In this document: positions 18,413 to 33,370 of the stretch, piece after piece
How positions within the stretch are numbered: the first letter of the stretch is position 1
Layout: every line of letters starts with the position of its first letter
Source: Rhodospirillales bacterium
GTDB taxonomy: Bacteria > Pseudomonadota > Alphaproteobacteria > CACIAM-22H2
DNA: 64,000 bases
Assembly (NCBI GenBank): GCA_016794025.1
Contig: JAEUKX010000094.1
Span: forward strand, 2,052-66,051
Reading direction: 5' to 3'
Notes under the pieces: model-generated
The model's input: the letters and a program-made list of their open reading frames with translations, nothing else
Database searches by the model: none
What the model was told of the DNA's origin: nothing
Position numbers and translations under genes: made by a program

Positions 18413-20352
18413 GCGCCGATCTCCTTCCCGTCGATCCGTTCGATCGCGATGACCGACGGGCGCGGCGGCATGTCCGGCCGGAAATCCGGCCAGCGCGAGG
18501 AAGGATTGTCGAAGGTCGAGCGGCTCCCCTCGCCGGGATGCTGGATGGCGAGGAAGAGCGTGCGCCCGTCGGGCGTGAAGCACGGCCCGCAGACCTCCGC
18601 GCCCGACGGCGCGCCGTAGAGGCGCTTGGTCGTGCCGCGGCCGGGACCTTCGGTATCGGCGCCGAAGATGCCGTCCGCCCGCGCGGGCTTGGCCTGCGTG
18701 GGCATGCCGTCGGTCGCGATCCAGATGCGGCCCTTCGGATCGAAGGCGACGTTGTCGGGCGCGGCAAGCCAGCCGTCCGCCGAAACACCCGGCCCGTACT
18801 GGGCGCCGGATTTCGGATCGGCCGGATCGCCGCCCTGCACGAACATCTCCCATCGGAAGACATCCGCGGCGTGGTCGGCCTTGGCACCGCGTCCGCCCGG
18901 CGGAATCAATTCGACGAGATGGCCCGTGAGATTGCCCACGCGCGGATTGGCGGCATTGACGCGCGTGCGCGCCGCCGCGGCGTCGGCCGCGGCCCGGCGC
19001 TCGTTGTAGGTGCAGGCGATGTAGGTGCGGCCCGTGACCGGGTTTGTCTCCACATCTTCGGGCCGGTCCATGGGGGTTGCACCGAGCGCGTCGGCGGCAC
19101 GGCGCGCCTCGATCAGCACGTCGGCCTGGCTTGCGAAGCCGTTCGCCGCCGTGAGCGGGCCCGTGCCGTGGACGAGCGGCAGCCAGCGCATCGTGCCGTC
19201 CGCCTCGAACCGCGCGACGGAGAGCGTGCCCTCGTCCAGCAGGTCGCGGTTGGCGGCCCGGTTCTTCGGGTCGTACTTTCCGGCGGTCACGAAGCGGTAC
19301 ACATACTCGAACCGCTCGTCGTCGCCCGTGTAGACGGCCACGCGCCCGTCGGGGCACACCACGCAGGTCGCCCCCTCGTGCTTGATCCGGCCCAGCGCCG
19401 TCCGCTTGGCGGGCGTCGAGTTCGGATCGTAGGGATCGTATTCGCAGATCCAGCCGAAGCGGTTGGGCTCGTTCCAGTTCTTTTCCACATCGAAGCGCTC
19501 GACATGCGCCGACCACGGCGCGCCGCGCGAGGGCTGCACGCCATAGCGCTTGTGGTTCGCCGCCTCGGGCGTCTTGCCCGCGTCGCCGCCGAAATAGCCG
19601 TTGAAGTTCTCCTCGCCCGTCAGGACGGTGCCCCACGGCGTGACGCCGCCCGCACAGTTGTTGAGCGTGCCGATGACGAGCGTGCCGGTCGGATCGTCCT
19701 TCGTGCGCAGGCGCGGGTGGCCCGCGACGGGACCGGCGACGCGGAAGCCCATGCCCGACATGCTGAAGCGCCGGTTGTAGCGGCCCTGCACGACCTTCCA
19801 GCCGCCGTTCTGCTTGCGGATTTCGACGACCGACAGGCCGTGCGCGGCCATCTCGACCTCGGTCTGCGCCTTGGTCAGCGCGCCGCGCTCGGCGATGCCG
19901 GGGAACATCAGGTTGCTGTTGCAGTATTCATGGTTCGAACACAGCAGCCCGTGCGCGGAGTTGCGCGAGCCGAGCGGCAGCGGCATGAACGCGAGGAAGT
20001 CGTTGTTGTAGCCGAACTGGCGCTCCTGGCTCGCACCCGTCTGCTTGAGTGGATCAAAGGACGGCGCGTCGGCAAACAGCGGATCGCCCCAGCGCACGAC
20101 GACCTGCCGGCGATAGCCGTCAGACACGCGGTCCTTGTCATCGTAGGTCGACGGCGCATCCTTGAAGGTAAGGCTCGATCCCCTGCGGGCCTGCGCCATT
20201 GCCGGAGCCGCGGCGAGCGCGCCCGCGGCGACGGCGCCCGTCAGTGCCGCGCGCCGCGTCAGCCGCTTCTCGGCAATGGCGGAAAACGGCTCCGCCATCG
20301 CGCGTGCAATTCCGATGTCCTCGGATTCGTATCCATCCCCGGCGTCGCCCAT
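18409..20352 (-). CDS. phoX: PhoX-family (DUF839) secreted alkaline phosphatase
   Basis: TAT motif KRLTRRAALTG, then ...RWGDPLF..., FGYNNDF..., beta-propeller PhoX pattern. Start is either ATG 20352 (GGGAG Shine-Dalgarno) or ATG 20298 (M19, better fit to the Pho-box geometry). Confidence 0.9.
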   Translation of the reverse strand: MGDAGDGYESEDIGIARAMAEPFSAIAEKRLTRRAALTGAVAAGALAAAPAMAQARRGSSLTFKDAPSTYDDKDRVSDGYRRQVVVRWGDPLFADAPSFDPLKQTGASQERQFGYNNDFLAFMPLPLGSRNSAHGLLCSNHEYCNSNLMFPGIAERGALTKAQTEVEMAAHGLSVVEIRKQNGGWKVVQGRYNRRFSMSGMGFRVAGPVAGHPRLRTKDDPTGTLVIGTLNNCAGGVTPWGTVLTGEENFNGYFGGDAGKTPEAANHKRYGVQPSRGAPWSAHVERFDVEKNWNEPNRFGWICEYDPYDPNSTPAKRTALGRIKHEGATCVVCPDGRVAVYTGDDERFEYVYRFVTAGKYDPKNRAANRDLLDEGTLSVARFEADGTMRWLPLVHGTGPLTAANGFASQADVLIEARRAADALGATPMDRPEDVETNPVTGRTYIACTYNERRAAADAAAARTRVNAANPRVGNLTGHLVELIPPGGRGAKADHAADVFRWEMFVQGGDPADPKSGAQYGPGVSADGWLAAPDNVAFDPKGRIWIATDGMPTQAKPARADGIFGADTEGPGRGTTKRLYGAPSGAEVCGPCFTPDGRTLFLAIQHPGEGSRSTFDNPSSRWPDFRPDMPPRPSVIAIERIDGKEIGA

Positions 20353-20369
20353 GGCTGCTCCCTTTTCTT

Positions 20370-20387
20370 GTTACAGAAAGGTTACAG
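20370..20387 (-). promoter_or_regulatory. Pho box (PhoB binding site) CTGTAAC-CTTT-CTGTAAC
   Basis: Minus strand reads CTGTAACCTTTCTGTAAC: two 7-bp direct repeats with a 4-bp spacer (consensus CTGTCAT-N4-CTGTCAT), directly upstream of phoX. Confidence 0.6.
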
Positions 20388-20421
20388 CCTCGCCGCATGG
20401 AGCGGAAGCGGAGACCGCGTA

Positions 20422-24271
<3,850 letters not shown>

Positions 24272-24377
24272 GGAGCGTCGTTCCTCGGGGAATCGGGATG
24301 AATGGCGGCAAGCATTGCGCTTGCCCTATCCATAGGTCCAATACATAATGACTATGTTTCAAATAGACGTACTCTAT

Positions 24378-25232
24378 ATGAACCTCGTCCAGCTCCGCGC
24401 CTTCCGTCTTGTCGCCCGTGCGGGCAGCTTCAGCCGTGCCGCGGAGGGCGCGCGCGTGAGCCAGCCGACCCTGTCGGCGCAGGTCAAGGCGTTGGAAAGC
24501 GCGCATGGCGTGACCCTGTTCGACCGGCGCGGCCGGCAGATCGCGCTCACGCGGCTCGGCCGCCGCCTGCTCGACGTCGCGGACCGGCTTTTCGCGCTGG
24601 CCGAGGAGGCGCGTGCGGTCGTGGCCGGCACGGATGCACCCAGCCAGGCTTTTCTTTCGGTCGCCGCCGACGGGCCGGCGCATGCGCTTGCCGTCCTGGG
24701 AGCGCTTGAGAAGCGCGTACCCGGCCTCGATTTCGCGCTGTCGATCGGCAATTCGGAGGAGGTCGTGCGCAGCCTCCTCGCCTATGAGGCGGATATCGGC
24801 ATCATGGCGCGCGCCGTGGCGGATCCGCGCCTTGCGGCCGTACGCATCAAGACGGACCGGCTGGTGGCGTTCGTGCCCGCAGGGCGCCGGGCGTCGCGCA
24901 CCGCGAGGCTCTCCGAGATTGCCGCCGCGCGGCTGGTGCTACGGGAGCGCGGATCGGCCACGCGCGAACGCTTCGAGGCGGCACTCGCCGAAGCGGGCCT
25001 CGCCCCCGGCCGCGCGGTCGAGATCGCCACCCGCGAGGGCGTGCGCGAGGCGGTTGCCGCCGGCTTCGGAACGGGCATCGTATTCGAAAGCGAACTGGGC
25101 CCCGACCCGCGGTTCCGGGCCCTGCCCATCTCCGACGCCAATCTCGAGGTCGCCGAGTACGCCTGCTGCCTTGCCGAACGGCGCGAACAGCCCCTGCTGC
25201 GCGCCTTCGTCGAATGCGCGCTGGCAGGTTGA
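24378..25232 (+). CDS. LysR-family transcriptional regulator, divergent from phnW
   Basis: HTH MNLVQLRAFRLVARAGSFSRAAEGARVSQPTLSAQVKALE. Start taken at ATG 24378 (track ORF begins at 24348). Confidence 0.9.
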   Translation: MNLVQLRAFRLVARAGSFSRAAEGARVSQPTLSAQVKALESAHGVTLFDRRGRQIALTRLGRRLLDVADRLFALAEEARAVVAGTDAPSQAFLSVAADGPAHALAVLGALEKRVPGLDFALSIGNSEEVVRSLLAYEADIGIMARAVADPRLAAVRIKTDRLVAFVPAGRRASRTARLSEIAAARLVLRERGSATRERFEAALAEAGLAPGRAVEIATREGVREAVAAGFGTGIVFESELGPDPRFRALPISDANLEVAEYACCLAERREQPLLRAFVECALAG

Positions 25233-25242
25233 TTTAGATCAT
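25229..25242 (+). promoter_or_regulatory. FNR/FixK-type anaerobox TTGAT-TTAG-ATCAT
   Basis: 9 of 10 match to TTGAT-N4-ATCAA. Overlaps the LysR stop codon. Centre lies 41.5 nt upstream of hemN ATG 25277. Confidence 0.6.
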
Positions 25243-25276
25243 CGCGCGGGTGCCGGGCGCGGCGCATCCTGCCGGC

Positions 25277-26638
25277 ATGCTTAGCCAAGACACGCTGACC
25301 CGCGCCGAAGCGCGCGTCCCCCGGTACACGAGCTACCCGACCGCGCCGCATTTCGCCAAGTCGGTCGGCCCGGCACAGGTGGCCGAGTGGTACCGCGCGA
25401 TCCCGGAATGCGACCCGGTGTCGGTCTACATCCACGTCCCGTTCTGCACGAAGCTGTGCTGGTACTGCGGCTGCAACACGTCCATCGCGTCCAAGTACCA
25501 GCCCGTCCATCACTATCTCGAGACGCTCGTGCGCGAGCTACACCACGCGCGCGAGCTGCTCGGCCGTCGCGCGCCGGTCAGCCATCTGCACTTCGGCGGC
25601 GGCACGCCCAACGCGCTCTCGGCGGCCGATTTCGCCCGGCTCGGCGACATCCTGCACGCGCTCTTCGAGATCGAGCCGCTCACGTCGTTCGACATCGAGC
25701 TCGATCCGCGCACGCTCGACGCCAAGATGGCCTGGACCCTTGCCGGCGCCGGCGTTACGCGCGTCAATCTCGGCATCCAGGATTTCGACCCGAACGTGCA
25801 GGCCGCGATCAACCGCGTGCAGACCTTCGCGGACGTGCGTGCGCGCCTCGACGAGCTGCGCGTGGCGGGAATTTCCAATTTCGGCGTCGACCTGCTCTAC
25901 GGCCTGCCGCGCCAGGACGAGGCGACCATCGCCGCGACCGTCGATTCCGTGGCCGACCTCGGCGCCTCGCGCGTGGCGCTGTTCGGCTATGCGCATGTGC
26001 CGTGGATGAAACCGCACCAGAAGCTTCTCGAGCCGCACGGCCTGCCCGGCCCGGAGGCGCGCATGAAGCTGATGCAGCGCGCGCACGCGCGGCTGGCGGC
26101 GCGCGGCTATGTGCGCGTGGGCATCGATCATTTTGCCAAGCCCGAAGACGAGCTGGCCGTGGCGTTGCGCGAAGGACGGCTTCAGCGCAATTTCCAGGGC
26201 TACACGACCGATGCCGCGCGCACCCTGCTGGGGTTCGGGCCGTCGGCGATATCCGCCTTCCGGCAGGGCTACGCGCAGAACCACACGCGGCTCGACGAGT
26301 GGCGCGCGGCGGTCGAGGGCAATGCGCTGCCCGTGGCACGCGGGCGGGCGCTTGCGCCCGACGACCGGCTGCGCCGCTCGATCATCGAGCGCCTGATGTG
26401 CGAAATGAAGGCAGATGTCGGTTCCATAGCCGCCGAGCAGGGACTTCCCGGCAGCATCGAGAAGCACTTCGCGGGGGAATTCGCGCGCATCGACCGCTTC
26501 GCCGCGGAAGGCCTTTGCACGCGCGAGGGCACGTGCGTCACCATCCCGCCGGCCGCGACCAGCTTCGCGCGCATCGTCGCCTCGGCGTTCGACGCCTATC
26601 TCGACGGCGGCGAGGCCAAGCACTCCGTCGCGGTCTAA
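25277..26638 (+). CDS. hemN: oxygen-independent coproporphyrinogen III oxidase (radical SAM)
   Basis: PRYTSYPTAPHF N-terminal motif and radical-SAM CTKLCWYCGC. Start taken at MLSQDT (track ORF starts at GTG 25250). Confidence 0.9.
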   Translation: MLSQDTLTRAEARVPRYTSYPTAPHFAKSVGPAQVAEWYRAIPECDPVSVYIHVPFCTKLCWYCGCNTSIASKYQPVHHYLETLVRELHHARELLGRRAPVSHLHFGGGTPNALSAADFARLGDILHALFEIEPLTSFDIELDPRTLDAKMAWTLAGAGVTRVNLGIQDFDPNVQAAINRVQTFADVRARLDELRVAGISNFGVDLLYGLPRQDEATIAATVDSVADLGASRVALFGYAHVPWMKPHQKLLEPHGLPGPEARMKLMQRAHARLAARGYVRVGIDHFAKPEDELAVALREGRLQRNFQGYTTDAARTLLGFGPSAISAFRQGYAQNHTRLDEWRAAVEGNALPVARGRALAPDDRLRRSIIERLMCEMKADVGSIAAEQGLPGSIEKHFAGEFARIDRFAAEGLCTREGTCVTIPPAATSFARIVASAFDAYLDGGEAKHSVAV

Positions 26639-26704
26639 GGCTTGCTTGACTCCCTTGCCGCCCGCCCCCCACCATCGGGCGGGGTCAAACGGAGGTCCAT
26701 ATCC

Positions 26705-28231
26705 ATGTCAAAGTTCCGCCCGGCCGGTGCGGCCGCACTTGCGCTTTTCGCCGCGTTCGCCCTGTCGGCGCCCGCCGAAGCCGCCAAGCGCGACAACTCG
26801 CTGCGCTTCGCCTACGACCAGGTGCCCGAGAACGTCGATCCGTATTTCAACAACGTGCGCATCGGCGTGATCATCGGCCAGCACGTCTGGGACACGCTGA
26901 TCTACCGCGACCCGAAGACCAACGAATACAAGGGCCAGCTCGCCACCGCCTGGCGCTGGACCAACGACAAGACGCTCGAGGTCGACCTGCGCCAGGGCAT
27001 CAAATTCCACAACGGCGAGGAGTTCGACGCAGACGACGTCGTTTACACGCTCAATTTCGTGTCCGATCCGGCGAACAAGTCCGTCACGCAGCAGAACGTC
27101 AACTGGATCGCGAAAGCCGAGAAGCTCGAGAAGTACAAGGTCCGCATCAACCTGAAGCGGACCTTCCCGGCGGCGATCGAGTATCTGGCCGGCCCCATCG
27201 CGATCCATCCGAACGAGTACTACACCAAGGTCGGCCCCAAGGGCATGAACGAGAAACCCGTCGGCACCGGCCCCTACCGGGTGGTCGAGCACGTGCCGGG
27301 CAAGCATCTCCGGCTCGAGCGCAATCCGGACTACTTCAAGGCGAGTCCGAAGCCTCAGCCCACGATCGCGAAGGTGGACATCCGCTTCATCCCCGACCGC
27401 CAGACGCAGGTGGCCGAGATGCTGTCGGGCGGCCTCGACTTCATCATGAACGTGGCCCCGGACCAGGCTGCGCAGATGAAGGCCGTGCCGAACCTCGCGG
27501 TGATGAGCGGCGAGACCATGCGTATCGTCTTCCTGCAGATGGCGTCGAGCGAGAAGACGCCGGTGGCCGCGTTCCGCGACGCGCGCGTGCGCAAGGCGAT
27601 CAACCACGCGATCGACCGGCAGGCGATGGTCAAGAACCTCGTCGGCGAAGGCGCGCGCGTGCTCAACACGGTCTGCTTCCCCAGCCAGTTCGGCTGCACC
27701 GACGAGGGGGCGACCGTCTATCCCTACGATCCTGCAAAGGCAAAGTCGCTGCTGGCGGAAGCCGGCCTCGCCGGGGGGTTCGACGTCGACCTCTATTCGT
27801 ATCGCGAGCGCAACCAGGCCGAAGCGATGGTCGGCTACCTGCGCGCGGTGGGCATCCGCGCGAACCTCCGCTTCCTGCAATACGCGGCCTTCCGCGACCA
27901 GCTTCGCGGCGGCACCGCAGCCTTCGCGCACCAGACCTGGGGTTCGTTCTCGGTCAACGACGTGTCGGCCAGCACGCCGGTCTTCTTCAAGTTCGAGGAC
28001 GACGACGTGACGCGCGATGCCGAGGTGCGCGACCTGCTCGAGAAGGGCGACGGCTCGGTTGATCCGGCCGCGCGCAAGGCCGCCTACCGCGAGGCGTTGG
28101 CGAAGATCGCCGAACGGGCCTACACCGTGCCGCTCTATTCGCTGACCACGTTCTACGTGATGGCGAACGAACTTGCGTTCACGGCCTATCCGGACGAGCT
28201 GCCGCGCTTCTGGGAGACGCGCTGGAAGTAA
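26705..28231 (+). CDS. peptide/nickel-type (family 5) ABC substrate-binding protein
   Basis: Signal peptide MSKFRPAGAAALALFAAFALSAPAEA. About 500-aa DppA/OppA-like pattern (...TGPYRVVEHVPG...). Confidence 0.9.
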   Translation: MSKFRPAGAAALALFAAFALSAPAEAAKRDNSLRFAYDQVPENVDPYFNNVRIGVIIGQHVWDTLIYRDPKTNEYKGQLATAWRWTNDKTLEVDLRQGIKFHNGEEFDADDVVYTLNFVSDPANKSVTQQNVNWIAKAEKLEKYKVRINLKRTFPAAIEYLAGPIAIHPNEYYTKVGPKGMNEKPVGTGPYRVVEHVPGKHLRLERNPDYFKASPKPQPTIAKVDIRFIPDRQTQVAEMLSGGLDFIMNVAPDQAAQMKAVPNLAVMSGETMRIVFLQMASSEKTPVAAFRDARVRKAINHAIDRQAMVKNLVGEGARVLNTVCFPSQFGCTDEGATVYPYDPAKAKSLLAEAGLAGGFDVDLYSYRERNQAEAMVGYLRAVGIRANLRFLQYAAFRDQLRGGTAAFAHQTWGSFSVNDVSASTPVFFKFEDDDVTRDAEVRDLLEKGDGSVDPAARKAAYREALAKIAERAYTVPLYSLTTFYVMANELAFTAYPDELPRFWETRWK

Positions 28232-28244
28232 GGCGCATCGGCCG

Positions 28245-29162
28245 ATGCTGGGGTTCGCCGTCCGACGGATCGCGCTTGCGCTCGCCGTGGCGCTGGCCGT
28301 GTCGGCGGCGAGCTTCATCCTGCTGCGCCTTTCCGGCGACGTGGCCACGGCCATCGCCGGCGAGGGTGCGCGGGCCGAGGATATCGCCTTCGTGCGCAAG
28401 GCATACGGTCTCGATCGGCCGCTCGTCGTCCAGTACGCCGAATGGCTGTCGAACACGCTGAGGGGCGATTTCGGCACGTCCCTCTATTTCAAGACCGAGG
28501 TGATAGGGCTTGTCGCCGACAAGCTGCCCGTGACGCTGGTCCTCGGCCTTGCCTCGATCCTGTTCGCGCTGGCGGTATCGCTGCCGCTCGGCATCCTTGC
28601 GGCACTCCATCCGAACACGTGGATCGACCGGCTGTGTCTGGCACTGGCCGTGCTGGGACAGGCGCTGCCGAATTTCTTCTTCGCGCTGTGCCTGATCCTG
28701 CTTTTTTCCATCACGCTGCGCTGGCTGCCCGTCTCGGGCACGGGCACATGGCAGCATTTCGTGATGCCCACGCTCGCGCTGGGATACTACGTGGCGCCTG
28801 CCTTCATGCGGCTGGTGCGCGCGGGCATGATCGAGACGCTGGCCGCCGACTACGTGCGCACGGCGCGCGCCAGCGGCCTTTCGCCGGCAAGCGTCGTGTT
28901 CAAGCATGCGCTGCGAAACGCGCTCATCCCGGTCGTGGCGCTTGCCGCCGTCCAGCTCGGTTTCCTTCTCGGCGGCTCGATCGTCGTCGAGACGATCTTC
29001 GCGCTCGACGGTCTCGGCTACCTTGCCTACCAGAGCATCACCTACAAGGACTTTCCGACCACGCAGGCCGTCGTGCTGCTGCTTTCGGTCGTCTACATCT
29101 TCCTGACGCTCGCCGCCGATCTGGTCAACGCGTGGCTCGATCCGCGCCTGCGGGTCGCCTGA
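28245..29162 (+). CDS. ABC peptide transporter permease (DppB-like)
   Basis: MLGFAVRRIALAL... N-terminus; EAA-like region DYVRTARASGL. Confidence 0.9.
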   Translation: MLGFAVRRIALALAVALAVSAASFILLRLSGDVATAIAGEGARAEDIAFVRKAYGLDRPLVVQYAEWLSNTLRGDFGTSLYFKTEVIGLVADKLPVTLVLGLASILFALAVSLPLGILAALHPNTWIDRLCLALAVLGQALPNFFFALCLILLFSITLRWLPVSGTGTWQHFVMPTLALGYYVAPAFMRLVRAGMIETLAADYVRTARASGLSPASVVFKHALRNALIPVVALAAVQLGFLLGGSIVVETIFALDGLGYLAYQSITYKDFPTTQAVVLLLSVVYIFLTLAADLVNAWLDPRLRVA

Positions 29163-29163
29163 G

Positions 29164-30032
29164 ATGGACGCAGCGCTTCCCTCGCGCTCGTCGGTGCTGC
29201 GCAGCCGCATTCTCGGCCATGCAGGTCTGATGACCGGACTCGTGCTGCTCGCGGCCGCGCTCGTGTGCGCGATCTTCGCCCCCCTGCTCTCGCCGCACGA
29301 TCCCTATTTCCAGGACCTGTCGGCGCGCCTCGTTCCGCCGGTCTGGCATCCGCGCGGCGACTGGCTGCATCCTCTGGGCACCGACAATCTCGGCCGCGAC
29401 TATCTCTCGCGCACGATCTACGGCGCGCGCGTTTCATTGCTGATCGGGCTGTCCGTGATGGTGGTCTCCGGCCTCATCGGCACGGCGATGGGACTGGCGG
29501 CAGGCTATTTCGGCGGCCGCACCGACATGGTCGTAAGCTTCGTGGTGACCGCGCGCCTCGCCATGCCGGTCGTGCTCGTGGCGCTGGCGGTCGTCGCGCT
29601 CGTCGGCGGTTCGCTGGTGGTGGTCATCGCCGTTCTGGGCCTTCTCAAGTGGGACCGCTTCGCCGTCGTGATGCGCGCGGCCACGCAGCAGGCGCGCGCG
29701 CAGGATTATGTTGCAGCGGCAAAGGCGACCGGGGCTTCCACGTTCCGCGTCCTTCTGGGCGAGGTGCTGCCCAACATCCTGCCGCAGCTTGTCGTCGTCG
29801 CCACGCTCGAGATGGCAAGCGCCATCCTGCTCGAAGCGGCACTCTCCTTCCTCGGCCTCGGCGTCCAGCCGCCGCTGCCGAGCTGGGGCCTGATGGTCTC
29901 CGAAGCGAAGGCCTACATGTTCTTCAGCTTCTGGATGATCGCAATTCCCGGCACGGCGCTGGGCCTGCTCGTGCTGGCGATCAACCTGGTGGGCGACGGC
30001 ATCCGCGATGTCGCAGCACCCGAGGGCCGGGC

Positions 30033-30036
<4 letters not shown>
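29164..30036 (+). CDS. ABC peptide transporter permease (DppC-like)
   Basis: HPLGTDNLGRDYLSR motif and multi-TM pattern. Confidence 0.9.
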
Positions 30037-30994
<958 letters not shown>

Positions 30995-30998
<4 letters not shown>

Positions 30999-31969
30999 GC
31001 GCGCTGATGCAGGTCGAGGGCGTGCATCGCGCGTTCTCGGTGTCGCGCGGGCTTTTTGCGCGCAAGCGCACGCTGCATGCCGTCAACGGCATCGACCTCG
31101 AGATCGAGAAGGGCGAGGTACTCGGCATCGTGGGTGAGTCGGGCTGCGGCAAGTCGACGCTCGCGCGAATTCTGCTGGGACTTATCCCCGCGAGCGCCGG
31201 CCGTATTGCGCTGTCCGGCACCGACCTGCGCGGGCTGGACCGCCGCGTGCTTGCCGCGCGCGTGCAGCCGGTCTTCCAGGACCCTTACGGATCTCTCAAC
31301 CCGCGCAAGCGCATCGCCTCGATCGTGGCGCTTCCGCTTGCCGTGCACGGAATGGGCGATCGCACCGAACAGCGGCGGCGGGCGATCGAGATGCTCGAGC
31401 GCGTGGGTCTGCCCGCGCGCCTTGCCGACAACTATCCCGGCCAGCTTTCCGGCGGCCAGCGCCAGCGCGTGGCGATCGCGCGCGCCCTCGTCATGCGACC
31501 CGAAATCGTGATCTGCGACGAACCCACCTCGGCGCTCGATGTATCGGTTCAGAGCCAGATCCTGAACCTGCTGATGGACCTGCGGCAGGAGTTCGGTCTC
31601 ACCTACGTCTTCATCTCCCACAATCTCGCGGTGGTCGAGCACATCGCCACGCGCGTCGCCGTCATGTATCTGGGCCGCGTCGTGGAACTTGCCCCCGCTG
31701 CGGAGATTTTCGCGCGGCCGCGCCATCCCTATACGCAGGCGCTTCTCGCCTCCGTCCTCACGCCCGAGCCCGGCAAGGGCCTGCCCGACACGCATCTGGG
31801 CCTGGCCTTTCCCGACCCGCTGGACCCGCCGCCCGGTTGCGGTTTCAATCCGCGCTGCGCCTATGCACGCGCGGTCTGCCGCGAGCGCGTCCCCGCATTC
31901 TCCGAGGACGGCCCCGCCAAAGCCGCCTGCCACGCCTACGACCCGACTTTCGGAAAGGAATTCGCATGA
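30995..31969 (+). CDS. ABC peptide transporter ATP-binding protein (DppF-like)
   Basis: ATGA overlap. [28 protein letters not shown]. Confidence 0.95.
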
Positions 31970-33354
31970 GCCGCGAGACCGCCATCGCCAACGCGGAACG
32001 TTATTTCGACGAGGGCGGATTCCGCGCCGACCTTGCCCGGCGCGTGGCGATCAAGACCGAGAGCCAGAATCCCGATCGCGGCGCCGAACTGGCCGAGTAC
32101 CTGACGGCCGAGATGACGCCCACGCTCGAGAAGCTGGGTTTCAAGTGCCGCGTGCTGACGCACCCGCGCGCAAAAGGCCCGTTCCTCCTGGCCGAGCGCA
32201 TCGAGGACCCGAAGGCCACGACCGTCTTCGGCTACGGCCACGGCGACGTGATCCGCGGGCTCGATGCGCAGTGGCGCGAAGGCCTTTCGCCGTGGACGCT
32301 GAAGGAGGATGGCGAGCGCTGGTACGGCCGGGGGACGGCCGACAACAAGGGGCAGCACTCGATCAATATCGGCGCGCTTGCCGCCGTGCTGAAGGCGCGC
32401 GGGCGCCTCGGCTTCAACGCGAAGTATCTCATCGAGATGGGCGAGGAGACCGGATCGCCCGGCCTGCGCGAGGTGTGCGAGCAGAACCGCGACCTGTTCA
32501 AGGCCGACGTGCTGATCGCCTCGGACGGGCCGCGCCTGCGCGCGGACCGGCCCACGCTCTTCCTGGGCTCGCGCGGCGCGTTCAACTTCGATCTCGAGAT
32601 CGACGCCCGACCCGGCGGCCACCATTCGGGCAACTGGGGCGGGCTCATCTCGAATCCGGGCCTGCAACTGGCGCATGCGATCTCCTGCATCGCGGGGCCG
32701 ACAGGCCAGATCCGCGTGCCGGAATGGGTCCCGGCCGAGTTGCCCGAAAGCGTGCGCCGGGCGCTGGCCGACTGCGAGGTGGATGGCGGCGAAGACGGCC
32801 CGCAGATCGAGCCCGGCTGGGGCGAACCCGGCCTGACGCCTTCCGAGCGCGTGTTCGGCTGGTCGTCGTTCGAGGTCCTCGCCTACCGGACCGGCAATCC
32901 GGACAATCCCGTGAACGCGATCCCGCCCAAGGCGTGGGCGCGCTGCCAGCTGCGGTTCGTGGTGGGCGTCGATCCGGCCGGGATCCTGCCTGCCCTGCGC
33001 CGCCATCTCGACCGGCACGGGTTCCCGATGGTGAAGCTCTCGGCCTCGCGCGAGGAGATCTTCCATGCCACGCGCCTCGATCCCGAGCATCCGTGGGTGA
33101 ATTTCGCCGTCGACAGCCTGAAGCGCACCACCAATGCGAAGCCCGCCGTGCTCCCCAATCTCGGCGGCTCCCTGCCGAACGACATTTTCAGCGACGTGCT
33201 GGGCCTGCCCACCGTGTGGGTGCCGCATTCCTACCCGGCCTGCTCGCAGCATGCCCCCAACGAGCATCTGCTTCCGGCGGTGGCGCGCGAGGGGCTGCGG
33301 CTGATGGCCGGGCTCTATTGGGACATCGGCGAGAAGGCATCGCGGCCCTTGTGA
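31966..33354 (+). CDS. M20-family dipeptidase-like metallopeptidase
   Basis: ATGA overlap with the ATPase. GYGHGDV..., WYGRGTADNKGQ, EMGEETGS motifs of M20 peptidases. Confidence 0.9.
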   Translation: MSRETAIANAERYFDEGGFRADLARRVAIKTESQNPDRGAELAEYLTAEMTPTLEKLGFKCRVLTHPRAKGPFLLAERIEDPKATTVFGYGHGDVIRGLDAQWREGLSPWTLKEDGERWYGRGTADNKGQHSINIGALAAVLKARGRLGFNAKYLIEMGEETGSPGLREVCEQNRDLFKADVLIASDGPRLRADRPTLFLGSRGAFNFDLEIDARPGGHHSGNWGGLISNPGLQLAHAISCIAGPTGQIRVPEWVPAELPESVRRALADCEVDGGEDGPQIEPGWGEPGLTPSERVFGWSSFEVLAYRTGNPDNPVNAIPPKAWARCQLRFVVGVDPAGILPALRRHLDRHGFPMVKLSASREEIFHATRLDPEHPWVNFAVDSLKRTTNAKPAVLPNLGGSLPNDIFSDVLGLPTVWVPHSYPACSQHAPNEHLLPAVAREGLRLMAGLYWDIGEKASRPL

Positions 33355-33370
33355 GCCCGGCTCACAAGGG
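33346..33370 (+). terminator. perfect 10-bp stem-loop spanning the M20 stop codon
   Basis: cccttgtgag-cccgg-ctcacaaggg. The TGA (33352-33354) lies inside the 5' arm. No T-tract follows, so function is uncertain. Confidence 0.4.

Noticed and set aside
24321-24355. LysR-type T-N11-A box (TAGGTCCAATACA, 24333-24345) and CTAT/ATAG dyads between phnW and the regulator
   Set aside because: The dyad symmetry is weak and several alternative alignments are possible. Not reportable as a site without footprinting or comparative data.
26658-26682. Hairpin after hemN as a terminator
   Set aside because: Only a 6-bp stem (ccgccc/gggcgg) with a 13-nt loop and no T-tract.
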